A program made the translations under genes and the position numbers. The notes under the pieces were generated by a model. The model saw only the letters and a program-made list of their open reading frames with translations. It did not search any database and was not told the origin of the DNA. Shown here piece after piece: positions 28,027 to 42,100 of a stretch of DNA of 64,000 nucleotides; position 1 is the stretch's first letter; every line of letters begins with the position of its first letter. Source of the DNA: Chrysomallon squamiferum (Eukaryota > Animalia > Mollusca); the NCBI GenBank assembly GCA_012295275.1, contig CM022673.1, positions 22,382,001-22,446,000 on the forward strand, read 5' to 3'.

Positions 28027-28462
28027 TGCAATACAGTCCGTACACAGTTTTTTTTTGCTGTTTCTATACCTCCGAGATGTGCTCTTTAAGAATCTGAATG
28101 ATACCACTCTGTCATCCTTGAGCAATCCGCACAATATGCAAATTAAGGCCGCCATTACTGAAAATCTTGTTTTAGTCAATATCTCAGTAACTATGTATGG
28201 TATCAAAATAATTTTGGTGTCTATCCCCATGTTTTGAGGGGTAAAGAATCAGATTAAGCCATTTCAGTCAAGATCACACCAATATTTTGTGCTGTATAGG
28301 CATATTAAGGCCGCCATTACTGAAAATCTCGTTTTCGTTAATATCTCGGTAACTACACATGGTATCAAAATAATTTTGGTGTCTATACACATGTTTTTAG
28401 GGGTAAAGGATCAGATCAAACCATTACAGTATTGAACACACCAATATTTTCTGCAAAATATG
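28027..28462 (+). repeat. Left long subterminal inverted repeat of the transposon
   Basis: Reverse complement of 30587-31020 with only scattered substitutions. Contains ~161-bp direct subrepeats starting ATTAAGGCCGCCATTACTGAAAAT at about 28142 and 28303, with a third start at about 28465. Confidence 0.95.
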
Positions 28463-28593
28463 AAATAAGGACCGCCATTATTGATAATATCAGTAATAGC
28501 GGCCTGGTAAAAGCAGGCACTTCTCTGTTATTGAAGCGCCTGGTTCTGCCAGAGTGGCTCACATATATCTTCTCGTCCAGGTAGAGCTGAAAG

Positions 28594-30501
28594 ATGGAAG
28601 GGTGCTGCATTTTTTGTAAAGAAGATGGAAGCAAGAAGGAACTTAGCGTCGCAGGGACTGACAGGATACAGACTGTCATTGAATCAAGTAAACGGAGATT
28701 TGATGATCTCCATGAAGATCTTGAAACTAGGCTGTTGGCAGACAAAGATTTAGAGATGCTTTGTCATAGAGGTTGTGTATCCACATATACATCCAAATCT
28801 CACATCAAGAGACACTTGAATAATCTGAGCGCATCAAAAGGTTCTGAAGAGTCATCTGCAGGAAAACGTCTGCGTCGGTCCGGATCGACAACCTTCAACT
28901 TCAGGCAACATTGCCTTTTCTGCGGTGAGGAATGCCTTGATATTCATCCTAAGCATCCGTATCGTTGGCGCAGGGTATTCTTTGTAGGACAGCGGACCGT
29001 GGTGAGGGGAGAAAGACTTTTAAGGAAACCCTTCAAGATGTCTGTAGATCTCGTCACGACGACTGGGGACGCGAGGTTTGGCTGGGGCAGTGAGTGATCT
29101 GCATGCAGCAGATGGTAGATACCACACAGACTGTTACAAGAAGTGTTGTTCACCTCGGTCAGCGAAGTCAGCTTCAGCAGCATCTAGTAGTAGCCAAGAG
29201 GAGGTGGATGTGGCTGTTGAAATGACAGTCAGTGCAGTGAGAGCAGAATCATCGCGAGTGTGGAATTCCATCGAATTATACGACCTATACCAGTCCAATG
29301 GTGGAAGAGACATTAGCCGCCGAACCTTAGTCTCCAAGTTGTTAGAATACTTTGGTTCGGATCTTCTTGTGCTGAGTGGCAGAGGTGTTGCTAGTCTGCT
29401 CGTGTTTCGAAGTAAAGCATCCAGTTTGTTGAGACAAGTGCCGAGCAGTGATGAAGATGATGTTGAGACTGGACTGGAAAAGGTTGCTCACCAGATTGTC
29501 CGTGATGTAAAGGAATCATTAGTTGATGACAAGAACTATCATGCCCGAGTTGATATGGACATTGCCCTTGACTGTGTCAGTTCCCCTTTGTTATCCTTGC
29601 TATCAAAGCTTTCTACAAAGTTGGACCACACCTTACCAGCCGCTCTCATCGGAAAAATTGTTACTAATGCATTGTTACTAATAATCATACAGCAGATGGT
29701 CAAGGCAGCTGAAAGTGGCGTGAGGACACAGACGTTTTTGTCCTCCTGCTGCACTTCTACGAAAAGTTGAACCTGACCTGTCGTCTTACAATGGAAGGAC
29801 CAAGTGCTGAACGAACTACTATAGACATTGGGGCAACTGCAAGTGAACAAGGACACTTGCTTTCACAACTGCCAGCCGCCCATGCCCTCTCAGGCTGTGA
29901 CACTGTGGCTCAGTGCTTCGGAGTAGGAAAAAGCACCGTCATCAAAGTCCTTACGAGTGGTGTAGAACTGCTCAAATTGGGCGTATTATTTGAGGACATA
30001 GGTGACATCATTGAAGAAGCGACAACATTCATGGCTGCCTGCTACGGGGTCAAAAGCTTGGTGACATCGAACATGTCTGAGGTCCGTGGAGAAGTCTGGT
30101 CGCGAAGGATGGGTAGAAAAACTTTGATAAAGGCTCCAGAGCTTAAGTCACTTCCACTTTGTAAAGAGGCATTCGAAGAGAACGTAAAGCGGGCGCACAT
30201 TCAGACTGCCATTTGGAAATCAGCTCTCAACTCAGAACCTCCAGCATTAGATCCTATCGAGTTCGGATGGGAACGTGACGAACGCAATAGATGCTTGATC
30301 CCAGTAACATTGCAACCAAGCATTAGTGTTGCTCCACTGGATGTGCTGGAAATGATAAGGTGTGGTTGTGCTACGGATACAGCTCACTTGCCATGCACAA
30401 TGTTTTGTGGATGTCACGGAGAAGTACACTGCCGGAATGAGCACACCCGACCGGTTGATGACTGTGACAGCGTTGTTGAAAGTGATTTGTTTGAGGACTG
30501 A
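28594..30501 (+). pseudogene. Disrupted Academ transposase/XPG-nuclease ORF
   Basis: Fragments: CIFC...CHRGCVSTYTS...FNFRQHCLFCGEEC; frameshift at about 28980 to CRTADRG...CRSRHDDWGREV; frameshift at about 29075 to DLHAADGRYHTDC; apparent jump at about 29670 to IIIQQMV; frameshift at about 29720 to EDTDVFVLLLHFY...HALSGCDT...LPLCKEAFEENVKRAHIQTAIWK...DPIEFGW...CGC...CTMFCGC...CRN, stop at 30501. About 630 codons in total, far shorter than a full Academ protein. Confidence 0.85.
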
Positions 30502-30586
30502 GTCAAATCAGTAATGGCAACATGCATCAGCATAAGTAAAAGGGATGTTCTGTAGCGACTCGGATATACACTGAAGTTGATTTTTG

Positions 30587-31020
30587 CATATTTTGCAGAA
30601 AATATTGGTGTGATCAATACTGTAATGGTTTAATCTGATCCTTTACCCCTAAAAACATGTGTATAGACACCAAAATTATTTTTATACCATGTGTAGTTAC
30701 AGAGATATTAACGAAAACGATATTTTCAGTAATGGCGGCCTTAATATGCCTATTCAGCACAAAATATTGGTGTGATCTTGACTGAAATGGCTTAATCTGA
30801 TTCTTTACCCCTCAAAACATGGGGATAGACACCAAAATTATTTTGATACCATACATAGTTACTGAGATATTGACTAAAACAAGATTTTCAGTAATGGCGG
30901 CCTTAATTTGCATATTGTGCGGATTGCTCAAGGATGACAGAGTGGTATCATTCAGATTCTTAAAGAGCACATCTCGGAGGTATAGAAACAGCAAAAAAAC
31001 TTTGTACGGACCGCAATGCA
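30587..31020 (-). repeat. Right long subterminal inverted repeat of the transposon
   Basis: Reverse complement of 28027-28462. The ORF track yields the same peptide (MGIDTKIILIPY...) from both arms on opposite strands. Confidence 0.95.
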
Positions 31021-31176
31021 CTCTTATCGGTCCCTGCCACCGTACTATTCGTAAATTTTATAAACGTCCCAACGGTTACTCTGGAAAAGTTATATAAGAC
31101 TGAGTGATTGAAAAACAAACCTGATAAACTGGGTGTCTAATTTAAGATTTTAAATATATATATATATAGTATTATT

Positions 31177-31178
<2 letters not shown>

Positions 31179-31272
<94 letters not shown>

Positions 31273-31313
31273 AATAAATTATTATTATTATTGTTGTTGT
31301 TGTTGTTGTTATT
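31179..31313. repeat. Compound trinucleotide palindrome (AAT)n(AAC)n...(ATT)n(GTT)n
   Basis: Direct reading. Similar (AAT)n/(ATT)n juxtapositions occur at about 27492-27568 and 38985-39113. Confidence 0.9.
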
Positions 31314-31383
31314 TAAATTTTATACATATTCTCTTTGTTTACTTTAGTTTTTCTTTTATTTCCTGTTATTATTATTTTCAGTA

Positions 31384-31430
<47 letters not shown>

Positions 31431-31767
31431 CATTTTGATTGCAAAAATTACAATTGACAAACTAACGGCAGACTAACCAAGATTATATTATTACTTTTTT
31501 CTCAGCCAAACTTTTGACAGCTTTGAATAATGACAGAAAAAAATAGAGAAGCTCTACGTGGCCATATCTACACAATCAGAACGATACAATACTATTACTG
31601 TCAAGATAACAGTATTACATAAAGGTTATTTCATGCTTTGTCACAAGTGATTTCAGTTTCTCTGCAAGGCGCGGCTAGGGAGTTAAGAGAAGATTGCAAG
31701 AAATTTGGCAAAGATCAAGAAGTATGGCAAAAGGTAGTTACTAGAAGCCTTTTTTTTTGTAGGTTCG

Positions 31768-31801
<34 letters not shown>

Positions 31802-32235
31802 TTCTTTGTTTGTTTGTTACAATAAATGTCCACGTATGTTGTGACAATATTTTATTATCTTCTTTGCTGTTACTAGCAATTTTCAGATTTATTTATTTAT
31901 TTATCAGTAAGGTTTTTATATGTAAACCTATGTTTTGTTCATTATGTTCATTCTATTTATATAAACGAAGAAATTCGTTACTCACATCTATTATACTGAT
32001 TTCTATTTGAGAAAATATTTTAGTAATTTTTATTTATAAATATCAAAATAATGTATCAATAAAATATTTATGTCAAGAAATATTGATTTAACTCGTGTCA
32101 GTATGATTTATATTCGGCTTATCTTAGAATAGTAATTTTAGATTAAACCGACAGAAAAAAATATTGATGTTTTGAAAATGTGAAATTGCCTCCTTACTAT
32201 TAATCACTAAAGCCAGAAAAGGAGTATCACCCTCA

Positions 32236-32268
<33 letters not shown>

Positions 32269-34540
32269 AAAATTAAATAAAAATACAATTAATAGTAAAA
32301 CAGTAATTCAGTCAGTCATCTCTATTTCTTAGTGGTTTCCGGTCATGTTTAATAGTATCACTGATATTAAATAATATTACTATATTACAAGCTTGACAGA
32401 TGCATTTTATAAAATTAATAAAAATAAAATGAAAATAAATAAAACTTTCCTCCGTTAGACATAACAATTTCAACTGAAGACGATTATTCATAATTTTTTT
32501 GTGAAATTGTACAGAAATCGATAAATTAATAATACCATCTGGCGCAGACGACTGTGCAGAGCTAGTGAAAAGATTTTTGGCGCTGTTTGTTGTATAAATT
32601 GTCTTCACCAATTGGACGACTATTAACCTGCTCAGCCAATAGAATTAGCTCGTTTGCAGCCATTGATTGCGTCTGCAACGAAATGAGCCCCACGAGTATA
32701 TATTCTTTCTTTTCTTCTTCTTCTTTTATATTATTATTATTATTTATTTTTTTATTTTTTTGGCTTGATACAGTATTCTTTTGAGATGGACAGGCGGATA
32801 ATCCGAGACCACTGTTCAACGATATAAATGATTTCTAACTAAATGATGAAAATGTCACAAATCAATCTTACTTGGCTAGAATTTAAGAAAATGTAATTCC
32901 AGAAAATAATAGTTTTCAGAATTCAGACGGAATCGCAGACAGTTGAAAATCAGTTTTGGATATATTTTAGTCACTAAGTTTCCTTTCTTTAATTTGATGT
33001 AACCGATTAGAATATTCTAAAAAAAAAAAAACCACTTGACATTAGAAGAATGTGTGTGGGGATTGGATTGCCCGTATGTGTGAAAAAACTGAATACCAGA
33101 CTTGTGAGAAACATTTGAATATTATTCATTCAATATGTCCTTTTCTTCTGTTCCATCTAAATATATTATATGTAAATAAAACAATCAAATTAAATATTTA
33201 TGTTCATTTTCAAAATGTTATTTTGCTAATATTGTTACAAGAATGTTTAAATTTATACTAATGGTAGTCTTATAACAAAGGAATACGTATGTTGGACAAA
33301 CTGTTTAAATACATTTTATTTGTATTGCTGCAACACACATACACAAGGAAAACAAAACTGCTATAGCACGCTAAGAAGACACCGTATTTCAACAGGAAAA
33401 ATATAATCTCTTTTTCTCACTTGCTTTTCTTAAAAAAAAATTTCCTTCGCATTCATCTGAAAATAACGAATGAAGAACAGATTGAACGTGAGGGCTTCAA
33501 AGCAAAAACATGGAATTAATTTTCAGAAAGTAAATACATCACTGAATCCTGTGAAACATCCCGTGGATGGAGAATAATTGCTTGCGTGATCCTATCAGTA
33601 TTCGTAGTCTGTACATATCTTAGTTTTTATTCGTGCCTGAAAAAAAGGTGTAGTAGATTAGGCAATTATTATTATTACTATTATTTTTTCAAATTAATAA
33701 AAAGGTAAAATTTAACAACAAATAATAATAATATTAATACTAAAATTAAAAAAGTAAAATGTTAAATTTTTTTTAATAATAATAATGAAAAGGAAAAAAG
33801 GAAAAATCAGAGATGGAGAGAAAGAGAATATATTAGAATAAATAATTTAGAACTTCTATTCCTTTCGCTTTTTAATTTTTTTTTAACAATGATAACGATT
33901 ATTATTATCACAATTATTTTATTTATCTTCATTATATCTTTCAAAATTAAAAAGTATATACGCACACACAGACATACATGGATAAAGTCTTATAGAAAAT
34001 GGTGAAAATGAAAAAAACTAATTTTCATGACTAAATAAAACCCAAATCTGTTTGTTCTTTTTTCATACATTCAAGAGACAAAACATAACAATACCAATTT
34101 TTTACTAAATATTTGGAAATATTTGTTTGAGATTGGCAGTCTGTACCCATTTCTTAAGCATAAAAATATTTACCCAGATATAATACCCGCCTCTGCTATC
34201 TTTTAATTATTTATCTCCATAACACCCAGCCATAATGGCGCATCTTGGTTCAGAGATTAGTCAGCTTTGACATCCTCAGAGAGTTGAAACTTTTCAATTA
34301 ATTTAGCGGCGATAGTTCTGTAAACGTTATTTAGCGTCTTTTACGTGCCTGTTTACCAAACTACACGCCAAACGAGTTAATACTGAAGTTTGCAGAGACC
34401 AGTCAGTCAGAGATATGTTACTGAAAATATTTTATTAAGAATTATTAAAACAGCTGTAAAACAAAACAACATACTGTGTATTGAAAAATAAATATCTTAT
34501 ATTTATAACAAATTATTTTCACGAGAAATCTAATTAAATA

Positions 34541-34571
<31 letters not shown>

Positions 34572-36151
34572 ATACTTCTTAAATTTATTTTAAAAAAATA
34601 TTTATTCATTCGTCAGTTCTAAAATTCACTCATTAATTCATTCGTAATGACGTTTAACTGCTTTTTACAGAATGTAAAACGATCTTTGTTAAATTCTTTT
34701 TTTAGAAACCACAAAAAAATAACAAAACACACAAAAAAACAGCCCCACAACAAATACAGCAGCTTGTAGAAAACATTATGAAGTCCCAAGCTGAATACTA
34801 AAGAATCAATGTATGAAACTGGATCTGATGAAGAGGTAAAATTTTAATCAGGCTAGTACAGCGATTTGAATATTGGAATACCCTCTTGGTTTTGTGACCT
34901 TCGATAACAGATCGATTTTTTCTTTCATTTGATGTCAGTGTTGTGAACTGACGTTTGCCAAGTCAAATCACCACCAAAAGGAGTGAGAAACGATTTATCT
35001 GAGTATCTGGACACAGACAGAAACATACACAAATACACATCCGAACACATAAAGAAAAACAGATAGATTTGAGTTTTGTGTATTTCTGTGTTTAAATGCA
35101 ACTCATGAAACATTCTTAGAAAGGTAGACACACATACAGATACACATCTCCAAAGGGACAAACAGAGAGACAGACAAAGATGATAAGAGAAACAGGCAAA
35201 CAGATAACGAAATAATGGGAGCGGTGAAGGGAAATGTAACTGGATAACTGAATATTATAGGCTGGATTGTCATGCAATTACTGATTAATTAAAGACATTT
35301 TAAAGAGGTATACATTAATAATTATAATGAGTAATATTACGTTTCCTCTCCGAAGCTCGAAGATATATTTCAACTCTTCAACGCTGTAATAACTTTCATT
35401 TCATAGCTTAAAGTTGACATTAGAAATCATGTCACTGTTATCGCTGTACTAGCACGCTAACACATTAATCTAAGCTGTTTCTCGGAGATCCTGTGTGAAT
35501 ATAATATTCCTTGCTGCTAATTAAAACAGATGTTAATACTGATTTACTGCTTTAAAATGATTTGGTTAACCCACCAAGGTGTGTGTTACATAAAACTGAA
35601 TTAGAATCTAAACGCGATTACTGTTATTAACATTACCATTATGATCATGATCACCATCATTATTTTAATTATTATTAGTGGTAGTAATAGTGGAGGTTGT
35701 AGAAGTGGTAGTATAGTAGTAATAGTACTATTGTTGTTATTCCTATTATTGTTGTTGTTGATTTTGATTTATGCTGCTCATTCTTCTGTTTATTCAGCTT
35801 GGTTCTTAAATTCTATTTAGTTCACTTTATCTACCCATTTTCTGAATGAAGCAGAATTTTATCTTTTTAAAAATATGTTACAGAATTAACGAAAATCTCA
35901 TGTGCGACTGTTTGGCGCCAGAATCCATTGATAATATTTTTAATGTAACTTTCAATTAAGACTAAATAAAATAAATTCCGATTGAAATTCTATTGCACGC
36001 CATCTTTCTTTCACAGTGTATAATACAAATAAAAAACAAATTAAAAACAAAAATTGAAAATATTAACTTGTTCTACGGAAGTGGTCAAGACACCTAATAT
36101 TTTAATCATCACATGATTCACTGGCTAGAAACGTATTTAATAACAGCACGT

Positions 36152-36254
<103 letters not shown>

Positions 36255-37083
36255 ATATTTTCCTAGCCATTCGAGCACCGAGACGCTTTTTGACTTTGAT
36301 GCATTTCACAGATTCCTTCTGCTTCATAAGACCATCCCATTGCCGATCATTAAATATAGAGCAATAACAAGCATTAGGCAAAATTTCTGCCAAAGTACAT
36401 AACACCGAAAATAGATACTAGGAGCGTGGCATCGATCGGTTACATAGCTTAGTACGGTTATGCACATACCAAAGAATTTGTTATGGTTTTCACGGACCAT
36501 ATGTTTAAAAGAGTTTTCGCGAGAAATCTTCAGTCCAAGAAAAGATAAACATTTTTAAAAAGATACATATGTTGAAGAGGAAATAACAAAAACATGTTTT
36601 TATAACATATGTTACTTCAGATGTCAAACAAAAATAGTAAGTACAAAGAACGACACCACTGCGGTGACCGAGTACGTGTGTGTCACATCTAGGGTACGCC
36701 AACTTGCTAGAAGTACTTTTTTTTTAACAGCTTAGAGTGATAAAGTACATATTTAACGTAATTTCATCATACATAACTAGTGATCATTGTGCCGCAAATA
36801 CTATATGGTTTTAATATTATGATTAAATAAGTGAATATAAAGACTGATGGGGAAAAAATTAACTAAAAATAACTTTTGCCAACGTACGATTAAGAAGTAT
36901 GAAATGTAACATAAATTTAACGACCTCTGTTTTTATCTTTCTGCTGATATGAAACATCTGGCGTCCATCGATGGCGGTTTAAACAAAAGAACTGTTATCA
37001 ACAAAAGGATCATATCTGAGTATTGGCTTTTTCTCAATTACTATAAAATGTTTTTGTTACAAGTAATCCTTAAACACTGTTTT

Positions 37084-37119
<36 letters not shown>

Positions 37120-38981
37120 CTTTTCGGATTGTTGGTTTTATTAATATAAACAATTTTGGTTACTACTCTGCTGAAGAAAAACTAAATCAATCCTTTGCAC
37201 GAAAATCACTTTGTTTCGATAACTGCTTAATAAATTTAGTATAATATTTGACTGTTACTTTAAAACAAAAGATTCGGGGGTTTTTTTTCTTCTTTTTTCT
37301 TTAGTTTTTCTTTTTTTCTTTTTTTCTTTTTTGACTTTTTTAAACTTTTTTTTAACACGAGGTGAATAGTTAGAAAAACAATAAATTCCTTTCTTCTCCA
37401 TTTTTAAGATACACAATGTGTGAACATCTTTTTCACAGCCTAGCGGTCTTTAAACCATCTCGGATATTAATTATAACGTTACAACAAACAAAACCAACAA
37501 CATAAATAATGATGATAGTGATGATGGTTAGATGATTATTAGGTGATTAGGTGATGGACTAACAACTCTAAAATTGTAGATTTATGAAACGTTTTATAAA
37601 ACTTGTTTTCTTTCTATTGTACACAGTCTTTGGAACTGCTCTCTGTCGAAGTGAATGTCGCAAATGATGGTTTCATTATAACATGTACTGACTCATTCCA
37701 CATTTTATATTACTCTTATTCTGTAATTAACTTACTTAAAACAGGTAACCCTAATTACCGATTTATTTTCATTAACAACAATATCATCACTATTAAAACA
37801 AACATTCTCAAATACTCTTCCTCTTACAATATATTTTTCTTTTATTCAAATTCCATCAAGTCTGTTTTCGCTCCGTATAATTTAAACATCTGGTTCATTA
37901 GCCTTTAGCCAAAACATTTCATGACCTCTTGGCTTAATGACCTTTATTACATTTCTTTACTCACTGTAATTGGTTCATAATCATATTTGCTATTGACGTG
38001 TTTTCTGCTCATATCGATCTGGTGAATTTATGAGCTTAACAGGATTCAGTCAACTCTAAATTATATAAGAGACATAAAAACAAATCCTGCAGCTATTTTC
38101 ATAGAAGAAAATAAAATAATATAATCGAAGTCGTAGACTGGATAAAAATTAAATTCAGTGAATTCGATTTGACAGTGTCGCCGGTTGATGATTCATTTAG
38201 TATCAGAAATGTCATCAATAAACGTTATTTTTTTAAAATATATAAATCATATCTGTCAGTTATTCACAAAACATACCCATTAACAGAACCGGCTTTTCTT
38301 CACTTATTTAGAGATTATTCGCTATCCGCAAAACTGATGTTTATTTTATATTTTTTTAAATATATTTTATCGTCTAATACAATTAAGCAACATGAATTAT
38401 TCTTTAAATACCAGTGACGACATAGGATTTAGTAAAGTATTTGTTAGCAGACAGCTAGATTAACAAATAAGGAGAGTTCTGAATTCAGACTACAACTTAC
38501 ATTTTAATAATTCTAGAAAAAACAACTAATCCCCCCCCCCCCAATTTTTTTTTTTAAAAACAGTGGATTACAAAGGAAAATATTTCTTTATTTAGAAGTG
38601 GTGATCAAAGCCAATCTTGTTCCTTTGTTTTAAGGTCCTTTAACAGTTTCATTTCTTTTACTTCTGTCAGTCATGTGACCATCGATAAAAGAAATACGTT
38701 CTGATTGATTGGTTAGCCATACCCTCTACAGCAGACCTGCCGTTTGTTGACCCCTTGACACCATTAACTTAACGCCGAAATCATTTCTCCGGGGATTCAC
38801 GAAAGGCTGATGAACATTCGGTGGAAAAAAAAAAGGAATAAAGATTGTGAAAATTCAGCTTGATTCCCTCATTATAATAATAATATTAATAATAAATAAA
38901 TAAATTTGATAAAAAAAAAATTACAAATAAAAGAATACAAATAAAATGGAATTGTTTAACCGAAATTATTATTTTTTTAAA

Positions 38982-39030
<49 letters not shown>

Positions 39031-39048
39031 TAAAATTAATAATAACAA

Positions 39049-39114
<66 letters not shown>

Positions 39115-42100
39115 CATCATCATAATCTTCTGCACAGCAGCAGCAGCATTTTCATAATAATCCATAATTCCATCATCATGATTAATGTTTCTTTTATGTT
39201 AAGTTCTTATAGAAAAGATGGAAACGATCAGTCTTGTAAAATAACTTAGAAAAACAGTAAATTACAGCATGAGAGGAATAAACCACACAAATATGATATT
39301 CAAAATATTTCTTTCGTTTTTTTCACTTCTTTAGCTCATAAGTTAACTATTAGTTAATCAAAATCCAGTTCACCTTCTAGTTATTGTGCACAGAAATAGT
39401 CTTTTACATTTGGGAAAAATCATTTTTTCATCCAAAGCTGTATCAGTGGTATTAAACAATCCTTCACGACTGTCACTGAAATATCAATCACAATTTTCTG
39501 GTCCTTCTTGCTACATACAATTACATTAGTCAGCTGACCGGCGAACCAGACAAATATCCGTTTTAGACGAAGTTCTGTTATAATTAGTGTAATTAATTCT
39601 AGACATGTACAGGTATCACAGTTTTTAAATGCATGCTTAACTTCTGGTCTGTCGAGATAAATTGTTATTTGCGTTTGATTAACTGGAAATAAATAAAAGC
39701 GCAATATTATTTGAAACAACCATTGATATATCTTGATATATAAATAATATTTTCTTAAAACTTAAGTGATTTTGAATTTAAAACTGGAATATAATAATAA
39801 TAATAATAAGAAGAAGAAGAAGAAGAAGAATAAATAGTGATTCTTTTTAAAAATTCCTTTAGGTAAAAATAATACTATTTCGTTTCCTCTTGCTTACAAA
39901 ATTTAAATAACTTCTATGTTTTTTCTTTCTTTCTGTAACCTAAAAATAATTTTATTTTGAAATACTTTCCACACATTGGTATAGAAACAGTATGACCAAT
40001 AAAACGACGTTTCACCTGTTATCAAAACACACTTGAAGAATATGTTATCATTCCAGAATACTGTTATTTTTATCATTCTACAACGATAGCACATTTCTGA
40101 AAACTGCATCTAGAAACTGTTTTATTTGTGTTCATGCAGTTACGTAACGTCAGGGTGTGTTTTCGTCATTAACTCGTAATACATTCGCTTTCTTGATGAT
40201 CGTGTCGACAGTCGTTATAAGAAAAAATGAAAAGAAAGAAAGAAAAAAATGAAAAAGAAGAAAAACACTCCTTTAGAGATGAAATCATTTCTGCTTTTCT
40301 GTACGAATAGTTCAACTTCCTCGTGGCTTTCAGTTTATTAAGTTTAAATGCCCGTGCATTTCTCGGCAGCTAAATAGTACTTTAGAAGAACAATTTAATG
40401 TTGGAGTTTTACAACCTATGAATCGTTTATTTTTGCGGAGAGAGAGAAAACTCAAAAGAATTAACTTTATCAGTTAAAGAAATAATAATAATCTTACAGA
40501 ATGATGATACAGAGTTTTGAAGGGATTGTTAATTTAATCATATCTGATTTATTTGTTAATTTTATTTCTTTCTTTCTTTATTCTAAACGGATATATTTAA
40601 AACAATTTCTTTTCGTGAAATAAATAAGTTATAAAAACAACAGACAACACTTTCCATAAATAAAATTCTAAAATATACTCTTTAAAAAAGAAAGAAACGT
40701 TTCTTTATTCTGAGACTATTTTTTATTTCTGAAGCCATTCAAACACTGGCGTCATTTTACCTACGAAATAACAAAATAACAGACACACACGCAATACGAT
40801 CATGCCGAAAATAGCAAACATTCATGCGTTTTAGAAAATAGTATTCATTACGTTTAACTACATCTTTAGCCAGATTCTTCTTGCAGTCACCGCTTGCGTT
40901 CCGATACCAGTTTATCGTGGAATATCTGTAAACACTGGTCTGAAATTTTCTTTGTTTCCGTCTCAAATAAATGCTGGACAGCTAGTTATGTTAAAAGGCT
41001 TCTGGGACAAACTGTTTCGAAGACTACATGGTACATCGTTTACTACTAACACGAACCCTTAGTCACGAACTCTCCGAAGAAAAGTCAAAGATTTTCAGCT
41101 TAAGACTGTTTAGATGCTAGCTGAGCACAAAATCGTGGCCAGGTTTCAGTTCAGTTCCCACACAAATCTTCTGAGTACCGTCTCAAGTTGGCTTTAGTAA
41201 ACTTACTTCGGCTTCACTGATTTACGCATTTACGTTTTAAACTTAATCTGTGGTTTATAATTTAATTAGAATTTGATGAAAGTGTTGGAGATTCACGATT
41301 GCAACTGGTATACAAACAATTATATGTTAGTATATTAGTACAGATAATCCCAAACTTGTAATCTAAAACCTTAAAACTTATAAATAAATAAAAAATTATG
41401 ATGAAATTGTTTATGTTCATTTGATAATAAGTTTGTTATTATTATTGTTTTCTTCTTTAATCTAATAGTGAAGTGTTGCAAAGTTACCCAATTCTTCTTG
41501 CTCTGTTACTCCGAGGTTTTACCGATCCAAAACAAAGGTTATTTTACACAGAGTAACAGACCTGTGGATTGTTCGTTTTGCGAGTTCGTTATAAAAGCTT
41601 TAGTAGGGTTCTGTTAGGAAATGTGGACCAATAACTTACCATTAATGATGGGAAACGGATAAAAACCAGCAATACTGTTTGCGAATGCACATCGGTCTCT
41701 GATAAAAATGATAACGAACTTAAGCAACAAAGATTCGTCATATTGTCAGTTAACCTTTGTGCTAATAAATATCCTAAAATCAGATTCAGTAATCAACGTC
41801 AAAGCAAGCCACGCTAGACCTTTATTTTCTTCTGTTTTTCAGGAAACAGTGACAAGCGACAATAATTTCCTCAGTTTACAAATCATGTCATGATCAAAGC
41901 TCGTTCTATCTCGAATCAGCAGTTTGCCCCGCGCCATGCATCATATATTCAAGAATCACTGGAAAGACCCCCCCCACCTTTATTCTAAAATATCCCATCT
42001 TGGATTCTTAAGCTTGAAACTTTATAAGCAACTGAGGCTTGAGAATGTATTCCATGACAAAAATCGTTTGTCACGAGTGTTGAATCTGGCAACGATAAGC

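Larger units (their letters stand above)
27990..31047 (+). mobile_element. Academ-superfamily (XPG-type) DNA transposon, internally deleted / non-autonomous, 3058 bp
   Basis: Termini TAGTCCGGTTGC... and ...GCCACCGTACTA. 3-bp TSD TTC (27987-27989 and 31048-31050). Long inverted repeats. The internal region is GC-richer and intronless, with an XPG/FEN1-type H3TH motif (HALSGCDT...GVGKST) and a C-terminal Cys cluster. This combination matches the known Academ description. Confidence 0.85.

Noticed and set aside
27973-28237. Duplicated ORFs MGIDTKIILIPY... / ...NPHNMQIKAAITEN... (also 30812-31097)
   Set aside because: They arise from the transposon inverted repeats, with no evidence of coding function.
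28594-30501. Intronless GC-richer ORFs as a horizontally acquired gene or host XPG/FEN1 nuclease
   Set aside because: They are enclosed by inverted repeats and a TSD and are frameshifted, so a transposon remnant explains them.
31638-31844. Possible coding exon (GAARELREDCKKFGKDQEVWQK|GT)
   Set aside because: No recognisable homology, weak splice sites and no partner exons.
36685-36712. Helitron-like 3' end (GGGTACGCCAACTTGCTAG)
   Set aside because: No convincing subterminal hairpin, not followed by T, and no 5' end or second copy found.
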